Shown: positions 1 through 11,832 of the stretch, piece by piece
Layout of the letters: every line of letters begins with the position of its first letter
Position numbering within the stretch: position 1 is the stretch's first letter
Assembly (NCBI GenBank): GCA_013239625.1
Contig: MU055488.1
Coordinates: 9,275 to 73,274, forward strand
Reading direction: 5' to 3'
DNA length: 64,000 nt
DNA from: Lama guanicoe
Taxonomy: Eukaryota
Translations under genes and position numbers: made by a program
The notes under the pieces: generated by a model
The model's input: only the letters and a program-made list of their open reading frames with translations
Database searches by the model: none
What the model was told of the DNA's origin: nothing

Positions 1-447
1 ACCAGAGGCTGGAAGGACTGACAGACCTGCCAGGGTAGCAAGTGGCAGAGGATGGGGATGGGGGGCCGTGGGGGAAGAGTGGTGAGTGGCCAGGAGACTG
101 AGAAACGGGAGTTGCTGTGACCTTAGCAGAAAGCAACACAAAGCCAACATTGAGAGAGAAGCTTTTGCCCGGGGACTGTCATGGAGGAAGGACAGGATTC
201 TGACAAGGACATGCTGGCGTGAACAGCTGCTGCCCAGTGTGTGAGGCAGAAGGCAGCGTGCCGCTCTGTGTGCCAGCCCTGTCTGGGACCTGTGGAGAGA
301 CGTTGTGGGCGTATACACTCTCCCAGGACCACGCAGGACAGTCTCGGGGCTCCCTGGAACCCTGTTTGCGGCAGGAGAAGACCTGGTTTCAAACGTTGGC
401 ATTTCATGCAGTTTGAGGGTTGAGTTCCCGTTGTGTTTTTGTTTTTG

Positions 448-457
448 ATTAAATAAA
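448..457 (+). terminator. Candidate poly(A) signal (overlapping ATTAAA/AATAAA) of an upstream + strand gene, by synteny possibly TEX19
   Basis: ATTAAATAAA follows a U-rich tract and is followed by GT-rich sequence. No TEX19 coding sequence is recognisable in the window, so the assignment rests on synteny only. Confidence 0.25.
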
Positions 458-1534
458 GCAGTAAGAGTTTTGCATCAAGCCCTGTGCTGCGTGATTCCCA
501 GCCAGCGGTTGGCTCTGTCGTCTCAGTGTCGTACTGGTTTGAGTCCCTGGGGAGCAGGGGACAGAGCTGGGAGCGGCCCAGGCCAGATGAGGGTTCTGGT
601 CAGGTTTTTGGCTCCCAGTGGGAGTTCATTTTCCAGGTGTTTGTCATGTTATTTATAAACCACAAATACAAACACACAGGCTTAAAATAACGAAGTACCA
701 TGCTTGGAACAACAAGAGTGCGTCCGCAGATAGAGATTTTCAAGAATCTAAATATGTGCCCCAGATTCTTGAAGAAACCTACAGGCAGGACCATGTGCAA
801 AGACTGCTAACGACATTCCCGAGCCAGGGCAGGGGCCAGGCTTCGCAGCGGAACCGCCGCCCTGCGCACCTCACTGCAGAAGGACGCTCCAGAGCTCTCG
901 CCACCAGTGAGGGTGCTGTAGGCAGTGCCGCGGCTCTTCATCGGCTGCTTCCCTTCCCGTAAATGGTCAGTCTGGGGGTTTCTGCAGCCCTCCGCGGGGG
1001 GCCCCGGCTGGCAGAGTCTCCCCCCATCCCAGGGTGGGCTGTGTCCCTGTCAGTGCAGGATGCGGGTCTAAGAGTCCATTCTGGGCGGGGGTGGCTGCTG
1101 CAGCGTTAGGTACTGATGGGGGCAGTCGGTCCTGTCGCCGGAGTTTGAGGGCGTCTCTCTACGTACCTTTCAGAAGTGAGTCTCCAGGTCTTCAGTCGTG
1201 AAGACTTCCTGCGCGGGTTAAGTGGAGGGAAGGCACTGATGCAGCAGCCGTGGGCAAAGCCTCATCTCCACACAACCTCATGGTTCTGTGGGCGTTTATT
1301 GCCGTGGAGTCTGTGATCGAATGTGCTCCTGGCTCTTCTTCCAATCAACCCAGGCTGGTCTCGTCCTTTCCTGTCTCTGTCCCTCCAGGTCAAATAGTCT
1401 GTTTATTCATTATTCCAGAAAACCCTTGTTTGGGACAAACTTTTTTTTAGATGACCCGGCTGCTTTGCAGTACTGCAGGGATGCTGAGGTCAGGAGGGGC
1501 CCCCCTCTTTGCCTCTTTCCTAAGCGGCTGTATC

Positions 1535-1620
1535 TGGTTCCTCAGCTCTTCTCACCTAAAAACGGGGAAAACATCAACTCCCATGGTTATAGTGAAGGTG
1601 AAATCAGATCAAATGTGTCC
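1535..1620. mobile_element. MIR SINE fragment
   Basis: cctcagctcttctcacctaaaaacgggg...atggttatagtgaaggtgaaatcagat resembles the MIR core. Confidence 0.45.
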
Positions 1621-1624
1621 TCAA

Positions 1625-2162
1625 AAACTGGAACATAAGACGACCATACGACCCAGCAATTCTATTCCAGGTGTGTACCCACGTAAACTAAAAACCTGTA
1701 CACACAGGCTCATAGCAGCATCAGTCACTGTCGCCAAAAGGTGGGAACAACCCAAATGTCCACCAGCTGATGATGGATAAACAAAATGTGATCTCTCTGT
1801 AAGATGGAGAATGATCGTGAAAAGGAATGATGTTCTGGGACACACTGCAACGCGGATGAATTTTGAAAACAGTGTGGTAAGTGACTGAAGGCTGTGGTTA
1901 CGAAAGAGCACAGAGTGTGTGACTTCATTTATATCAAATGTCTGGCGCGGGCATCGGCATAGAGACAGTGGCAGATGAGTGGGTGCTGGAGATGGAGGGA
2001 AACAGGGAAGGGGAGTAACTGCTCAACGTGTGTAGGGTGTCCTTCTGGGGTCATGAAATGTTCGGAGACTAGACAGGCCACAGTCGCACAACACTCTGGA
2101 TGTGCTACATACCACCGAGTAATTTTGTGTTAAGTGAATTTTACTTCAATTAGAAAAAAAGA
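1625..2162 (+). mobile_element. Ancient L1 (L1M-type) ORF2-end/3' UTR fragment
   Basis: ccatacgacccagcaattc..., caacccaaatgtcca...gatggataaacaaaatgtg, A-rich 3' end. Confidence 0.8.
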
Positions 2163-3914
2163 ATCAAACGTACAAGTTGTAGCACCTTGGCCCAGAGTAG
2201 GAGCAACTGTCCGCTCTCTTCCCGGAGGGCCTGTGAAGGGTGGGAACAGCCCCCCAGCCCCCCACACCCGCTTCACTGTGAATTAATCCACTCTTTGGAT
2301 AAGAACAGCTGCAGTCAGGTCGGCCTTTGGTGGAAACGCTGTCCCCGCGCTGCACACAGTCACCGGGTGATTCGTCTCCTGAGCCCAAAGCAGCACCACA
2401 AACAAGGCCGCTCGTCGGCAGTCGCAGCCTGGGCTCCTGCGGACGCGCGTTCCCCTTGGGTGTCCCAGGTTGCATGAAAAACAGCTCGGCATTGTTGACC
2501 AGCAACTGCATTTACCTGGGAGCCATCGTCTTATCAGGCGACTCTGCACCGGCCCTGGGAGTGAGGACGTGGCGCGTTTCTCTGAGGAGCGAGGCCGAGC
2601 GCAGAGGACAGAGCACGGGCCAGCGAGGGTGGGGCCCAGAGCAGGCGAGATGGATGAGAACTTGGGGCATCTGACCTTCTGCAGCTCAGGCGCCTTCCAG
2701 AAACATCTCCGCGGTGCTGACAGCGTTCCCAGCCCTGCAGGGGCCAAAGCGTGGTCAGGGGACGTCCACCGTGGCTTTTCCACCCAGTGGGGCAGGGCTG
2801 GGGTCCTCTGATTTCCGAGGGGAGCAGGGACAGGACTGACTTGTCCTGGTATCCTGTGCTGACAGGAGGTCAAAGGACACGGTCAAGACACCTGTCCACA
2901 TTGCTGACCAAACCAGGCCTGTGCTCCTCCCGCCCCAGAGGGGCCCAGCCAGTCCCAGCCACCCTCCCTGGGACGTGGGGGCGTCTTTGTGTTGCGGGAG
3001 CCTCTGTTTCTGGGGTGGCCCATGGTCCCCAGTGCCCAGCCTTTGGGCACTTGGTGGAAACACTGCAGGAATAACAAAGTGTCTCCACAAACTGTCCCTT
3101 GTTGGGGGCAATGTGGGTGAAGGTACGTGCCTGCTTCAGGAAGAGGGGACCCTGCCCCAGTCTGCAGACGAAAATCTGGTAACATTACTGGGGCTTCTCT
3201 GGAACTTTCTGTGTCAGGCAGGGAAAACAACGGGACTGAGACTCCCCTACCCCAGCTTCAAGGCGGGCAGGCACTCAAGGTGGCAGGCATCCCCACTGCC
3301 AGAACCTGAGGAGGCGACACTGGTCCAGATGTGGCCTGTCCTGCCAGGGCCCGAGCATCCCATGAAGGGGGTGCACCCCTCTAGAGTCCGAGCCTCTGAA
3401 GACCCAGGCCTGGGGGCCTCTAGGCCTTGTTGCTGCAGCTGCCGAGGGGCCACACCCAGACCTGAAGGGCCGCTGCAGCACAGGGCACGTGTCCAGGGAC
3501 CCAGGGCCTCACAGCACCCAGGGGACAGCTGACCACTCCTCAGCCTGAGCTGGGACTGTGGCCTGTCCCATCTTTAGTCTCCATCTTCTGGGGGCTTTAG
3601 CTTTGTGCCTGGCAGGTCACCCCGCACGGACCCCTAAGCTTTAGAAGAATCATCTCCTCCTGCCGCACCCTAGCAGCCCACAGCCCAGGCAGCCCCCTCC
3701 TCCGGCACTCCCCTCTGGACCAGCCCCTCACCGGCTCTGTAATTGGAGGTGGTGAAGTCTCTCCCCCTCACTCAGCCAGGAGACAAACGAGGCGCCCCGC
3801 TGTTTCCTCTCCCCACTGGGTCAAACGCTCCTCCCAGGCAGAGACCAAGGTACCAGCCTCGTCTCTACGGCGCCCCGCTCCTGACCGCCAGGCGGCACCA
3901 GTGGGGTGCCAGCG

Positions 3915-4085
3915 CTTCACGCGCTTTGACTCCTCTAAATCTCAATGCTCCGATGAGGCAGGTTCTACATTTAGTCAGATTTTACAGAGGGGGAAGCTGA
4001 GGCACAGAGAGATGTGGTAGCTCCCCTGAGGCCACAGGTGGCAAGGAAAGGCACCCAGATTCACACCGAGGCAGCCAGAGTCCAG
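3915..4085. mobile_element. MIR SINE
   Basis: attttacagagggggaagctgaggcacagagag, the MIR core motif. Confidence 0.7.
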
Positions 4086-7074
4086 ACCTCTTTGGCCATC
4101 TCTGTGTCCGGCCCGGAGCCCTGCCAGACTGTGGCCTGTGCAGCAGTCCCTGTGCAGCAGGGTCAGCTGCCAGGGTCACTGAGCAGCCAGCCTGACACAG
4201 GGTCCCTGTGCAGCAGCTGGCAGTGTGTGGTGGAGCGCCACAGAGCCTTTCAGAGGGGTGAGTGGGCTCCTGTCTGTCCCGTGAGGGAAAAAAGTGCGAA
4301 AGGAGAGCGACAGTATTATTCCATTTAGAACATTTTAAAGCACGTTATTAATGGCCTGTGGAAAAGACCTGATCAAAAACAAGTTTGGAGGAACAGTTCT
4401 CAGAGCTTTCTGAGATGCTCTTCCCAGGTTATAATCCTCAAATTTGGCTCATATAAAAATTTTCCGTTTCTTTCTTAAAAAAAATAAGTTTGGGAGTCAC
4501 CCCAAAGTCAGGGCAGTGGAGCCTCTGGGGAGGGAGAAGACTGGAAATGTGGAGGGCTAGGCATGTGTCATTTCCAAAATCAACAATCTGAAGCAAAGAC
4601 GGAAAAATACCGTCACCTGTTCGGGATAGGGGTGCCCAGGTGTGTGTGTCATGTGCTGAGTGAGTGTAAAAAAAAGGTGGTGGTGACCGTGCTGATGGTG
4701 GCGGTGAAGAAAGTCCCCAGGAGAGACCTGCAGGAGTGGGGACCCCACCCCTTGGATTCTGGCTGCTGCACAGGCTGTGCCACTGGTTTGGGGGCTAGGG
4801 CCCCCCACTGCTGTCTGCATGGATGGGGCTGAAGGGCCTCAGGAGGAAAGTGGGCCCCCTGACCTCCTTGTTTCCCAGGGAGGCAGGGGGTGGTGCCATG
4901 GCCCTGCTGAGGGGAGGGGTGCTTCTGTGCTGTTACGTGGACAGATCAGGAGTTAGACCCCCGACAGTCGGGACATGTGGCCTCGGTTGTCCTCTCAGGA
5001 GAACCCGGAGCCCCTGGGGTTTCCTCCCCGCTCCAGCATGACTCCCACCTTGGCAATCCCCAGGAGGGCTCTCGGGCCTCTCACCCAGCCTCTTCACTCA
5101 CAACAAGCAGCTTCCTGGTCCTGAACTGGGACCCTTTTCCGCAGGTCAGCCAGCCTGAGTGGCCCCAGGGACCTGGGAGGCTGCGGGGTTGGACCTGCAG
5201 CACCTGTGCAAATGGCAGGAGGCCCACGGGGCTTCCCCTGGGGCCCCCAATGCCGATTCCAGGAGAAGAGGTCTCATGTGGCCTGACACGTCTCACCCTC
5301 CCTGCGCTCCTGTGCTTTCCGTTGGGAGTTACTCTGAGCTCCGAGCTGCCTCCTGCCAGCTTGCTCTTCAATCACTTGGATGGCTCAGGTGTTGGAGGCG
5401 CTCCACTGATTTTTAGGTGCTGCTTCCAGCTGGAGGCCTGCGCGTGTTTTGATTGGTTTGATTGATACCCGCATCCCTCCAGCTGGGTCTCAGATCTTGG
5501 GGTATTTGAGACAAGGCCTGGGGAAATTGTAGTTTTTGAAATTGAAGTCAAGTAATGACATTAGCAGCAGCTCAAAGGGAACGGTCTCCTGGAAAAGCAC
5601 AGGTAGCTGCTGACTGCAGAGGGGCTCTGGGCTGGGGAGTGGGGGAACCAGGCAGGTGTGTTCCCACTGGGACCTCCCTCTAGAGCAGATGCCCCCAGCT
5701 GGGTCCCAGGTAGGCTCTGCCGGTGACTGAGTTCTGGGTGGGGCCACACCAGCCCACCCCGTCCTCCCAGCCTTTGCTCTGGAGCTAGACTGTCGGGGGT
5801 GCACTGCGAGGCCTGTGCTCCTCACACCCCCAGTCCCGCTCCCGTCCCTTTTCCCTTTCTCTTTCCCAGGCACTTTTTTTTGGAGGGTGGAGACGACAGG
5901 ATGTGCCTCTGACGAGTCTGTGGTCGGGCTGGATGTGACCCCAGCCCGTGAGGAGATCCCATGAAGCCGGATTCTGCCCATGGAACCTCATTTTCCATGT
6001 AATTTAATAATACAATTGGAAAGGAGTTCTTACAGGAAAATTACCGTTTCAAAACATATTTAACTCGTTACATGCAGAGCAAAGCTTCGAAGTCACATCT
6101 GTGGAAAGTGATTATGATTCAGTGGCCCGTAAAGTGAATCAGAGATGGACACGGAGCACAGCATGTTTTAGGGGCAGGGCCTCCAGCCCAGGGCCCACGG
6201 CGTCAGCGGCCTGCAGGACCCTGCCCCTTCTCTAACCCTCCCAACCCCGTGGCCACTTTGGGGTCCAGGCTGAGGTTACAGTGCAATAGAGGAGGGCTCT
6301 CAGGTGTCTCCCTAATGGTGCCCCTGGGGGGCATACCCGGGCCACCAGCACCTTCGGGACTCACAATATCTCCCTCCCCAACCCTTGGCCCCTGTCGTTC
6401 ACCACCCCTACACCACCGTCCATGGGGTCTGTCCAGAATGCACGCTGGATGGGTGTCTGTCCTCCTGTGGTGCAAGCAGGGAGAGGGCCGTGGGACAGGT
6501 GGCCTGTGGCTCTGCAGGACGTCATGACTAGGAGATGAGATCAGGTTGCTCCGAGAAGGGCAAGGAGCTGACTGACACGTAAGCAGATGCTGTCCTAGGG
6601 CATCCGTACATCCTGGCCAGTGGCCCTAAGGGCCTGTGTCAGGCTGGCTGCTCAGTGACCCTGGCAGCTGACCCTGGCTGTGTTCCTGGCCCGCCCTGGT
6701 CACAGGGTGCTTGGACAAAGGCAGCAGGTGGGTCTGAGCGCTGTGAGGCCGGCCAGCCTGTCACCTGCCCACAGAGTGGGAGGAAGAGAGTGAGACCCAC
6801 CCTTGAGTCCACTTGTCCAAGACGGTGGTGGGGTGACTCAGATACTCCCCGGTGCCAAGATCCACTGGGCTCAGGGACCCCGTCTGTCCATGGAGAGTGG
6901 GGGTCATGCTCAGGGGGCCCCAGGCTCCCTGGAAGTGCTGGAGTTTCTGAAAAAGACCTGACAAGAAGGATGCCTAGGATTTTCAAAGAGATAAAGGAAG
7001 GAATGTGACCTATTAAAGGAAACAAAGTAGCAGCTCTGGTCATCAGCAGCCAAAGGGACCGCAACCCGGGGGAG

Positions 7075-7390
7075 TCCATCGTGGATGAAGGTGTGGACAG
7101 CGGAATATTATTCAGCCCTGAAAGGGGAGGGCATTCTGGCCCTTCTACAACACGGAGGAACCTCATAGTACGTGGAAGGAGCCAGACACTGAGGTTCAAA
7201 CCCTGGATGACTCCGCTGTAACCGGTCTCTAGAAGAATCACATCCATGGAGCCAGAGGGAGAATGTGGATGTCGGGGGCTGGGGGTGGGGGTGCAGGGTT
7301 GTTCAGTGGAGACAGAATTTCCGTTGGGTTGATAAAAGGTTTTGGAAATGGGGACGAGTGCACAACATTATGAATGTCACTAATGTCACT
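7075..7390 (+). mobile_element. Ancient L1 3' UTR fragment
   Basis: ggaatattattcagccctgaaaaggg...acaacacggaggaacctc...gcacaacattatgaatgt, typical L1M 3' UTR motifs. Confidence 0.65.
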
Positions 7391-7659
7391 GGGTTCCCCC
7401 CTCCCCCTCTCTACCCCAGAACCACCCTCACCCCCACTGTCTCCCCACCAAGTGCACGGGAAGGTCCAGAGCTTGAATGACAAACGGGGAGTTTGAGGCT
7501 CAGCACCTGAGAAACAGGGGTGGGGGTGCCGAGGGCAAAGGGACGCAGAAACGCCCCCAAGAGCGGCTGCAGCCCGGCTGGACGTGGCTTCACCCCCATG
7601 GACACGATAAGGGTCCTAAGGCGGTAGGACCCGCCCATATCCCACCCCAGGGAGCGCAG

Positions 7660-8330
7660 CCCAGACGCCCCCATTAGGGGCGGCGACCTCCAGGCGGCGG
7701 CGCCCAGGGGCCCGGGCGCAGAGCGCGGCTCTTCTGGCGGGACCGGGCGGCGTGCGGTAGGGCGCCCCTCCGCCGTGCGCCCCTGGGAGCGCCCACGTCT
7801 GTCCGGGGCCGAGCCCTCGGGGAAGTTTCCCGCGCCGCGCCGAGCGTTTGCAGACGCGTGGCGGCGAGAAGGCCGTGCCGAGCGCGACCCCGGGGCTCGG
7901 CGCACAGACCTGATGGCCCAGTGACCGAGGTGGGCGCGGGCGCTGCGACGTCCGCGGCCGGTGGGCGCGGGGCGGGGGAGCGGGGCGGGGCCGGGCCGGG
8001 ACGGGACCCGGTGCGCGGGGTCCCCTCCCCGCCGGCCCGTGCGGTCCCCAGCCGAATCGCCCTGCCACGGAGCCCTCCCTGCGTCCCGGAGAGGATGCGC
8101 GGCGCTTCAGCGCCGGGTGGCCAGCGGCGAGGTGGTGAGCGGGCTCGGCGAGGGCGTCCTTTCCCGGGGGGCTCCGAGCCGCGGTCCCCGGCAGACGGTC
8201 ATCCCGCCGCGGCAGCAGATGCAGGGGCGCCCTCGACTGGGGAACCCCGCGCCCCGCGGCTCGGTTCCGGGCAGCCCCGGAGGAAGCCTCAGGAACTTGG
8301 GACAGCAGCCGGGAAGGGGAGGCCCCTAGC
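7660..8330 (+). promoter_or_regulatory. CpG island with GC boxes and G-runs; probable UTS2R promoter and non-coding first exon
   Basis: Very high CpG density and GGGGCGGGG boxes at ~7968-7990. It lies ~2 kb upstream of the UTS2R CDS, which is preceded by an acceptor (tttccctcag, 10140). Confidence 0.55.
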
Positions 8331-8569
8331 CCCACCCCCACCCCAGACCAGGGACTGGGCAGGATCCCGTGGTCAGGGGGCCTGGGGCAGCATCTCTGCA
8401 CCCAGGCCCCTTTCTGCGTGAAGGGCTTGGACACGCCGGATGGATGCCCCGGGTTTATCTGGGCTAGTATCACCGCTGGATGTGCAGAGGGGAAAACCCT
8501 GGAGCCGCTATTATCCCTGGATACGAGGAGATGGGCTGCTAGAGGGGCCTCTCCTCTCCGTTCAGGTCT

Positions 8570-9600
8570 TTTTTTTAGGAGGATAATCTTCACACAGTAA
8601 GCACAGGTCTTAGGTGAGCAAATCTGAGCGTTTTTACATGTGTCTACACCTGTGTAACCATCCCCCAGGGTGCTCTCCAGTTGACACCCCCAGGTAATGC
8701 TGTCCTGGAGGTTTGGCCTGTTCCTGGACTTCGGGTAAATAGAATCACACAGTGTATGCTCTGTCTCTGTTTTTCCTTCGCTCAACGTAGCGTAGGTGAG
8801 TTTCACCGTGTGGTTGACTGCAGGGTAATTCCATCTTCACTGGAGCATCCTGATGGGGATGTCACAGTTTCTGCCTCCACTCTCTTGTCCGCAGATGCCC
8901 AGCGGTTTCCAGCTCCAGCTGCTGCGAACACTCTCACTCTTCCCTTTTGTGGACATTGCACTCATTTGTCTTGGGCACAAGCCTAAGAGTGGATTTGCTG
9001 GGTGAGAGGACATGCCCTGACCAGCTGTACCGATGGTGCCAAGTTACTTTCCGCAGGGGCTGTACCGTCCCGCGGCCCCATCAGCCGTTCAGCAGTTCAC
9101 GCCCTCCCAGCGCTCGGTGTCTGCCTTTCTGATTCCAGCAGCCCTGGTGAGGGTGGAGGGGGTTCTACCCTCGTCTCATGTGCTTCTTGGCCATTTGGAG
9201 GTCCTCTTTTGAGAATTTCCTGTTCAAATCTTGTTTGTTTTTTTCTCTTTCTTCCAAATGAGTTGTTAGCCTTTATTGATCTGTAATTCTTTCATATATT
9301 TTGGTGGCTAGTTCTTTGTCTGAAATACGCCTCTTGACAATCTTTTCCCAGTCCATGGTTTACATTTTTTACTCCGTGTAGTTAATTTTAATTAAATCAT
9401 CCTGATGGGTTTTTTAATTGCAAGTATTTCTTGCTTTTTTTTTTTCGAGAAATCCTTGCCCACCCAAGGTCATGCAGATGTTCTTCTGTGTCTCTTGCAG
9501 AGCTTAATCAATTGACTTAACCTGTTGTATACTGGTACAGTCCACCTTGAATTGTCCTTGTGTGCAGTGTGAGGTAGGAGTCAAAGCTCACTTTTCCTGT
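8570..9600 (-). mobile_element. Degenerate ancient L1 fragments (antisense)
   Basis: atagaatcacacagtgtatgctct..., gagtggatttgctgggt, ttggccatttggaggtcctcttttgagaa, gtgtgaggtaggagtc. Confidence 0.6.
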
Positions 9601-10272
9601 GCGGATACAGGAGGATTGCAAGGGTTTTCCCCTCTTTACCAAACAGATTTTCCTATTTGAACTTCAAAGTCATCAGATACTACTTTGGCAGTCTGAACAG
9701 AACGTATTTTTCAAAGCACACAGGAGAAATAAATTGGGAGAAGGGACTCTGGGGTCCGCATGGCCTCCCTGCCCTTCACCGATGAGGAAGAGAGGCCTGG
9801 GGAGGGTTCCTGGTTCCATCCACTGCTGACCCCACCCCTGGGGGCTGCTGTGCTGTGCTCTGATTTTCAGAAAAGTCCAGTCAACCCAGAGGCCTTTGGA
9901 CTTTCACTGAGGCTGGCGGTGGGGAGGGGACAGCTGGTCCAGGTGGTTCTCTGGGTCCCCTGGGTGGCTGGGGAAACGAGGCCAAGGGGTGGAACTCTGG
10001 ACGGAGGGTCCCCCAGGGGTGTGGACAGATGGCCGGCCCCGTCCCTCTGCCGGCATCCCCAGCCCAGTGGGAACTGTGCCCTCTCATGGGAGCAGAGCGG
10101 GTGCCTGACCCACATCTTTAATGGGCTTCCTTTCCCTCAGGACAAGCTTGTCTCCTGCAGATGCCCCTTCCCTGTCTGAAGGAGCAGCAGACCCCAGCCC
10201 CAAGCCCAGCGTGAGGTGGCAGAGACGGCACTGAGCCCAGAGCTGGCAAGCAGGGTCCCCGTGCCGGCCACC

Positions 10273-11379
10273 ATGGGCAGCACCGTGCCCCAGACACCTG
10301 GCACCCCCAACGCCTCCCTCAACAGCTCGTGGGCCAGCCCCACGGAGCCCAGCTCCCTGGAAGACCTGGTGGCCACGGGCTGCATCGGGGTGGTGCTCTC
10401 GGCCATGGGCGTGGTAGGCGTGGCCGGCAACGTGTACACACTGGCAGTTGTGTGCCGCTTCCTGCGCGCCTCGGCCTCCATGTACGTCTACGTTGTCAAC
10501 CTGGCGCTGGCTGACCTGCTCTACCTGCTCAGCATCCCCTTCATTGTGGCCACCTACGTCACCAAGGACTGGCACTTCGGCGATGTGGGCTGCCGCGTCC
10601 TCTTCAGCCTGGACTTCCTGACCATGCACGCCAGCATCTTCACCCTGACTCTCATGAGCAGCGAGCGCTATGCCGCCGTGGCCAGGCCGCTGGATGCCGT
10701 GCAGCGCTCCAAGGGCTACCGCAAGGTCCTGGCGCTGGGCACGTGGCTGCTGGCGCTGCTGCTGGCACTGCCCATGACGCTGGCCATCCGGCTGGTCCGC
10801 CGGGGCCACAAGAGCCTCTGCCTGCCAGCCTGGGGCCCACGCGCCCACCGCGCCTACCTGACGCTGCTCTTTGGGACCAGCATCGTGGGGCCCGGCGTGC
10901 TCATCGGGCTGCTCTACGTACGCCTGGCCCGGGCCTACTGGCTGTCGCAGAGGGCCTCCTTCACTGAGACGCGGCGGCTGCCCAACCCCCGGGTGCTCTA
11001 CCTCATCCTGGGCATCGTGCTGCTCTTCTGGGCCTGCTTCCTGCCCTTCTGGCTGTGGCAGCTCCTGGCCCAGTACCGCGGGGCCCAGCCACTCACGCCC
11101 CGCGCTGCCCGCATCGTCAACTACCTGACCACCTGCCTCACCTACGGCAACAGCTGCGTGAACCCCTTCCTCTACACGCTGCTCACCAAGAACTACCGCG
11201 ACTACCGCCAGCGCTCGCTCCCAGGCAGGGGCGTCGGGGGCCCAGCGGGCGCCCGCACCTTCCCACGGGGCCACAGCCCCTGCCAGCGCGGCTCCGGCCG
11301 CTCCCTGTCCTCCAGCAGCCAGCAAGCCACCGAGGCCATCGCACTGTCCCAGGCAGCCCCCAGGGGGCTCTGCGCCTGA
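10273..11379 (+). CDS. UTS2R: Urotensin-2 receptor (class A GPCR), 368 aa from the first in-frame ATG; the orthologous start position 10225 is ACG
   Basis: Seven hydrophobic segments; [25 protein letters not shown]-terminus, NLALAD, ERY, CFLPFW and NPFLY motifs. ATG 10273 is in gccaccATGg context, stop TGA at 11377-11379. Confidence 0.97.
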   Translation: MGSTVPQTPGTPNASLNSSWASPTEPSSLEDLVATGCIGVVLSAMGVVGVAGNVYTLAVVCRFLRASASMYVYVVNLALADLLYLLSIPFIVATYVTKDWHFGDVGCRVLFSLDFLTMHASIFTLTLMSSERYAAVARPLDAVQRSKGYRKVLALGTWLLALLLALPMTLAIRLVRRGHKSLCLPAWGPRAHRAYLTLLFGTSIVGPGVLIGLLYVRLARAYWLSQRASFTETRRLPNPRVLYLILGIVLLFWACFLPFWLWQLLAQYRGAQPLTPRAARIVNYLTTCLTYGNSCVNPFLYTLLTKNYRDYRQRSLPGRGVGGPAGARTFPRGHSPCQRGSGRSLSSSSQQATEAIALSQAAPRGLCA

Positions 11380-11826
11380 GTGTCCAGCCTCCCCCAGAGC
11401 CCAGGTCACTCCTGCAGCGCCCCACCTAGTGACTGCCCCCTTTGTCAGTCCTCTTCCAGAAAGCCCCCTGCCCTCCCCCCACCATGGCTCACTTCAGCTC
11501 CATCAGCCCAGCTGCCTTGCCTGTAATGCCCAGAAGTCCCCCACCCCGTCCTCTGGAAGGGTCTGCGGGAGGCTGAGGCCCAGGACCGGCTTCTGAGGAC
11601 CACAGTGAGTGGGGTCTTGCCCAGCCCAGCAGATGTGAGTGCCCTGCCCGTGGCTGCCTGACCCGTGGTGGGGCACGCTGTGGCACGTGACACTGTGTAG
11701 GCACACAGGCTGCCTACAGAGGACCCTCCTCCTGGCCCCAGGCGTGGCCCCGGTGGCACCTGGCCCCGACCCCATCCCTCCCAGCTCCCATGTGGCTCCA
11801 TCCCCCGAAGCTTCAGCACCCAGAAC

Positions 11827-11832
11827 AATAAA
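11827..11832 (+). terminator. Candidate UTS2R poly(A) signal
   Basis: First AATAAA downstream of the UTS2R stop (~450 nt). Confidence 0.55.

Noticed and set aside
1-450. TEX19 coding sequence expected by synteny
   Set aside because: No frame resembles recalled TEX19 motifs; at most this is 3' UTR.
7616-8806. 396-aa minus-strand ORF
   Set aside because: Pro/Arg/Gly-rich translation across a CpG island joined to L1 remnants; a compositional artefact.
10084-11409. 441-aa ORF antisense to UTS2R
   Set aside because: It mirrors the UTS2R CDS. GC3-rich codons suppress antisense stops, and it has no ATG start or recognisable domain.
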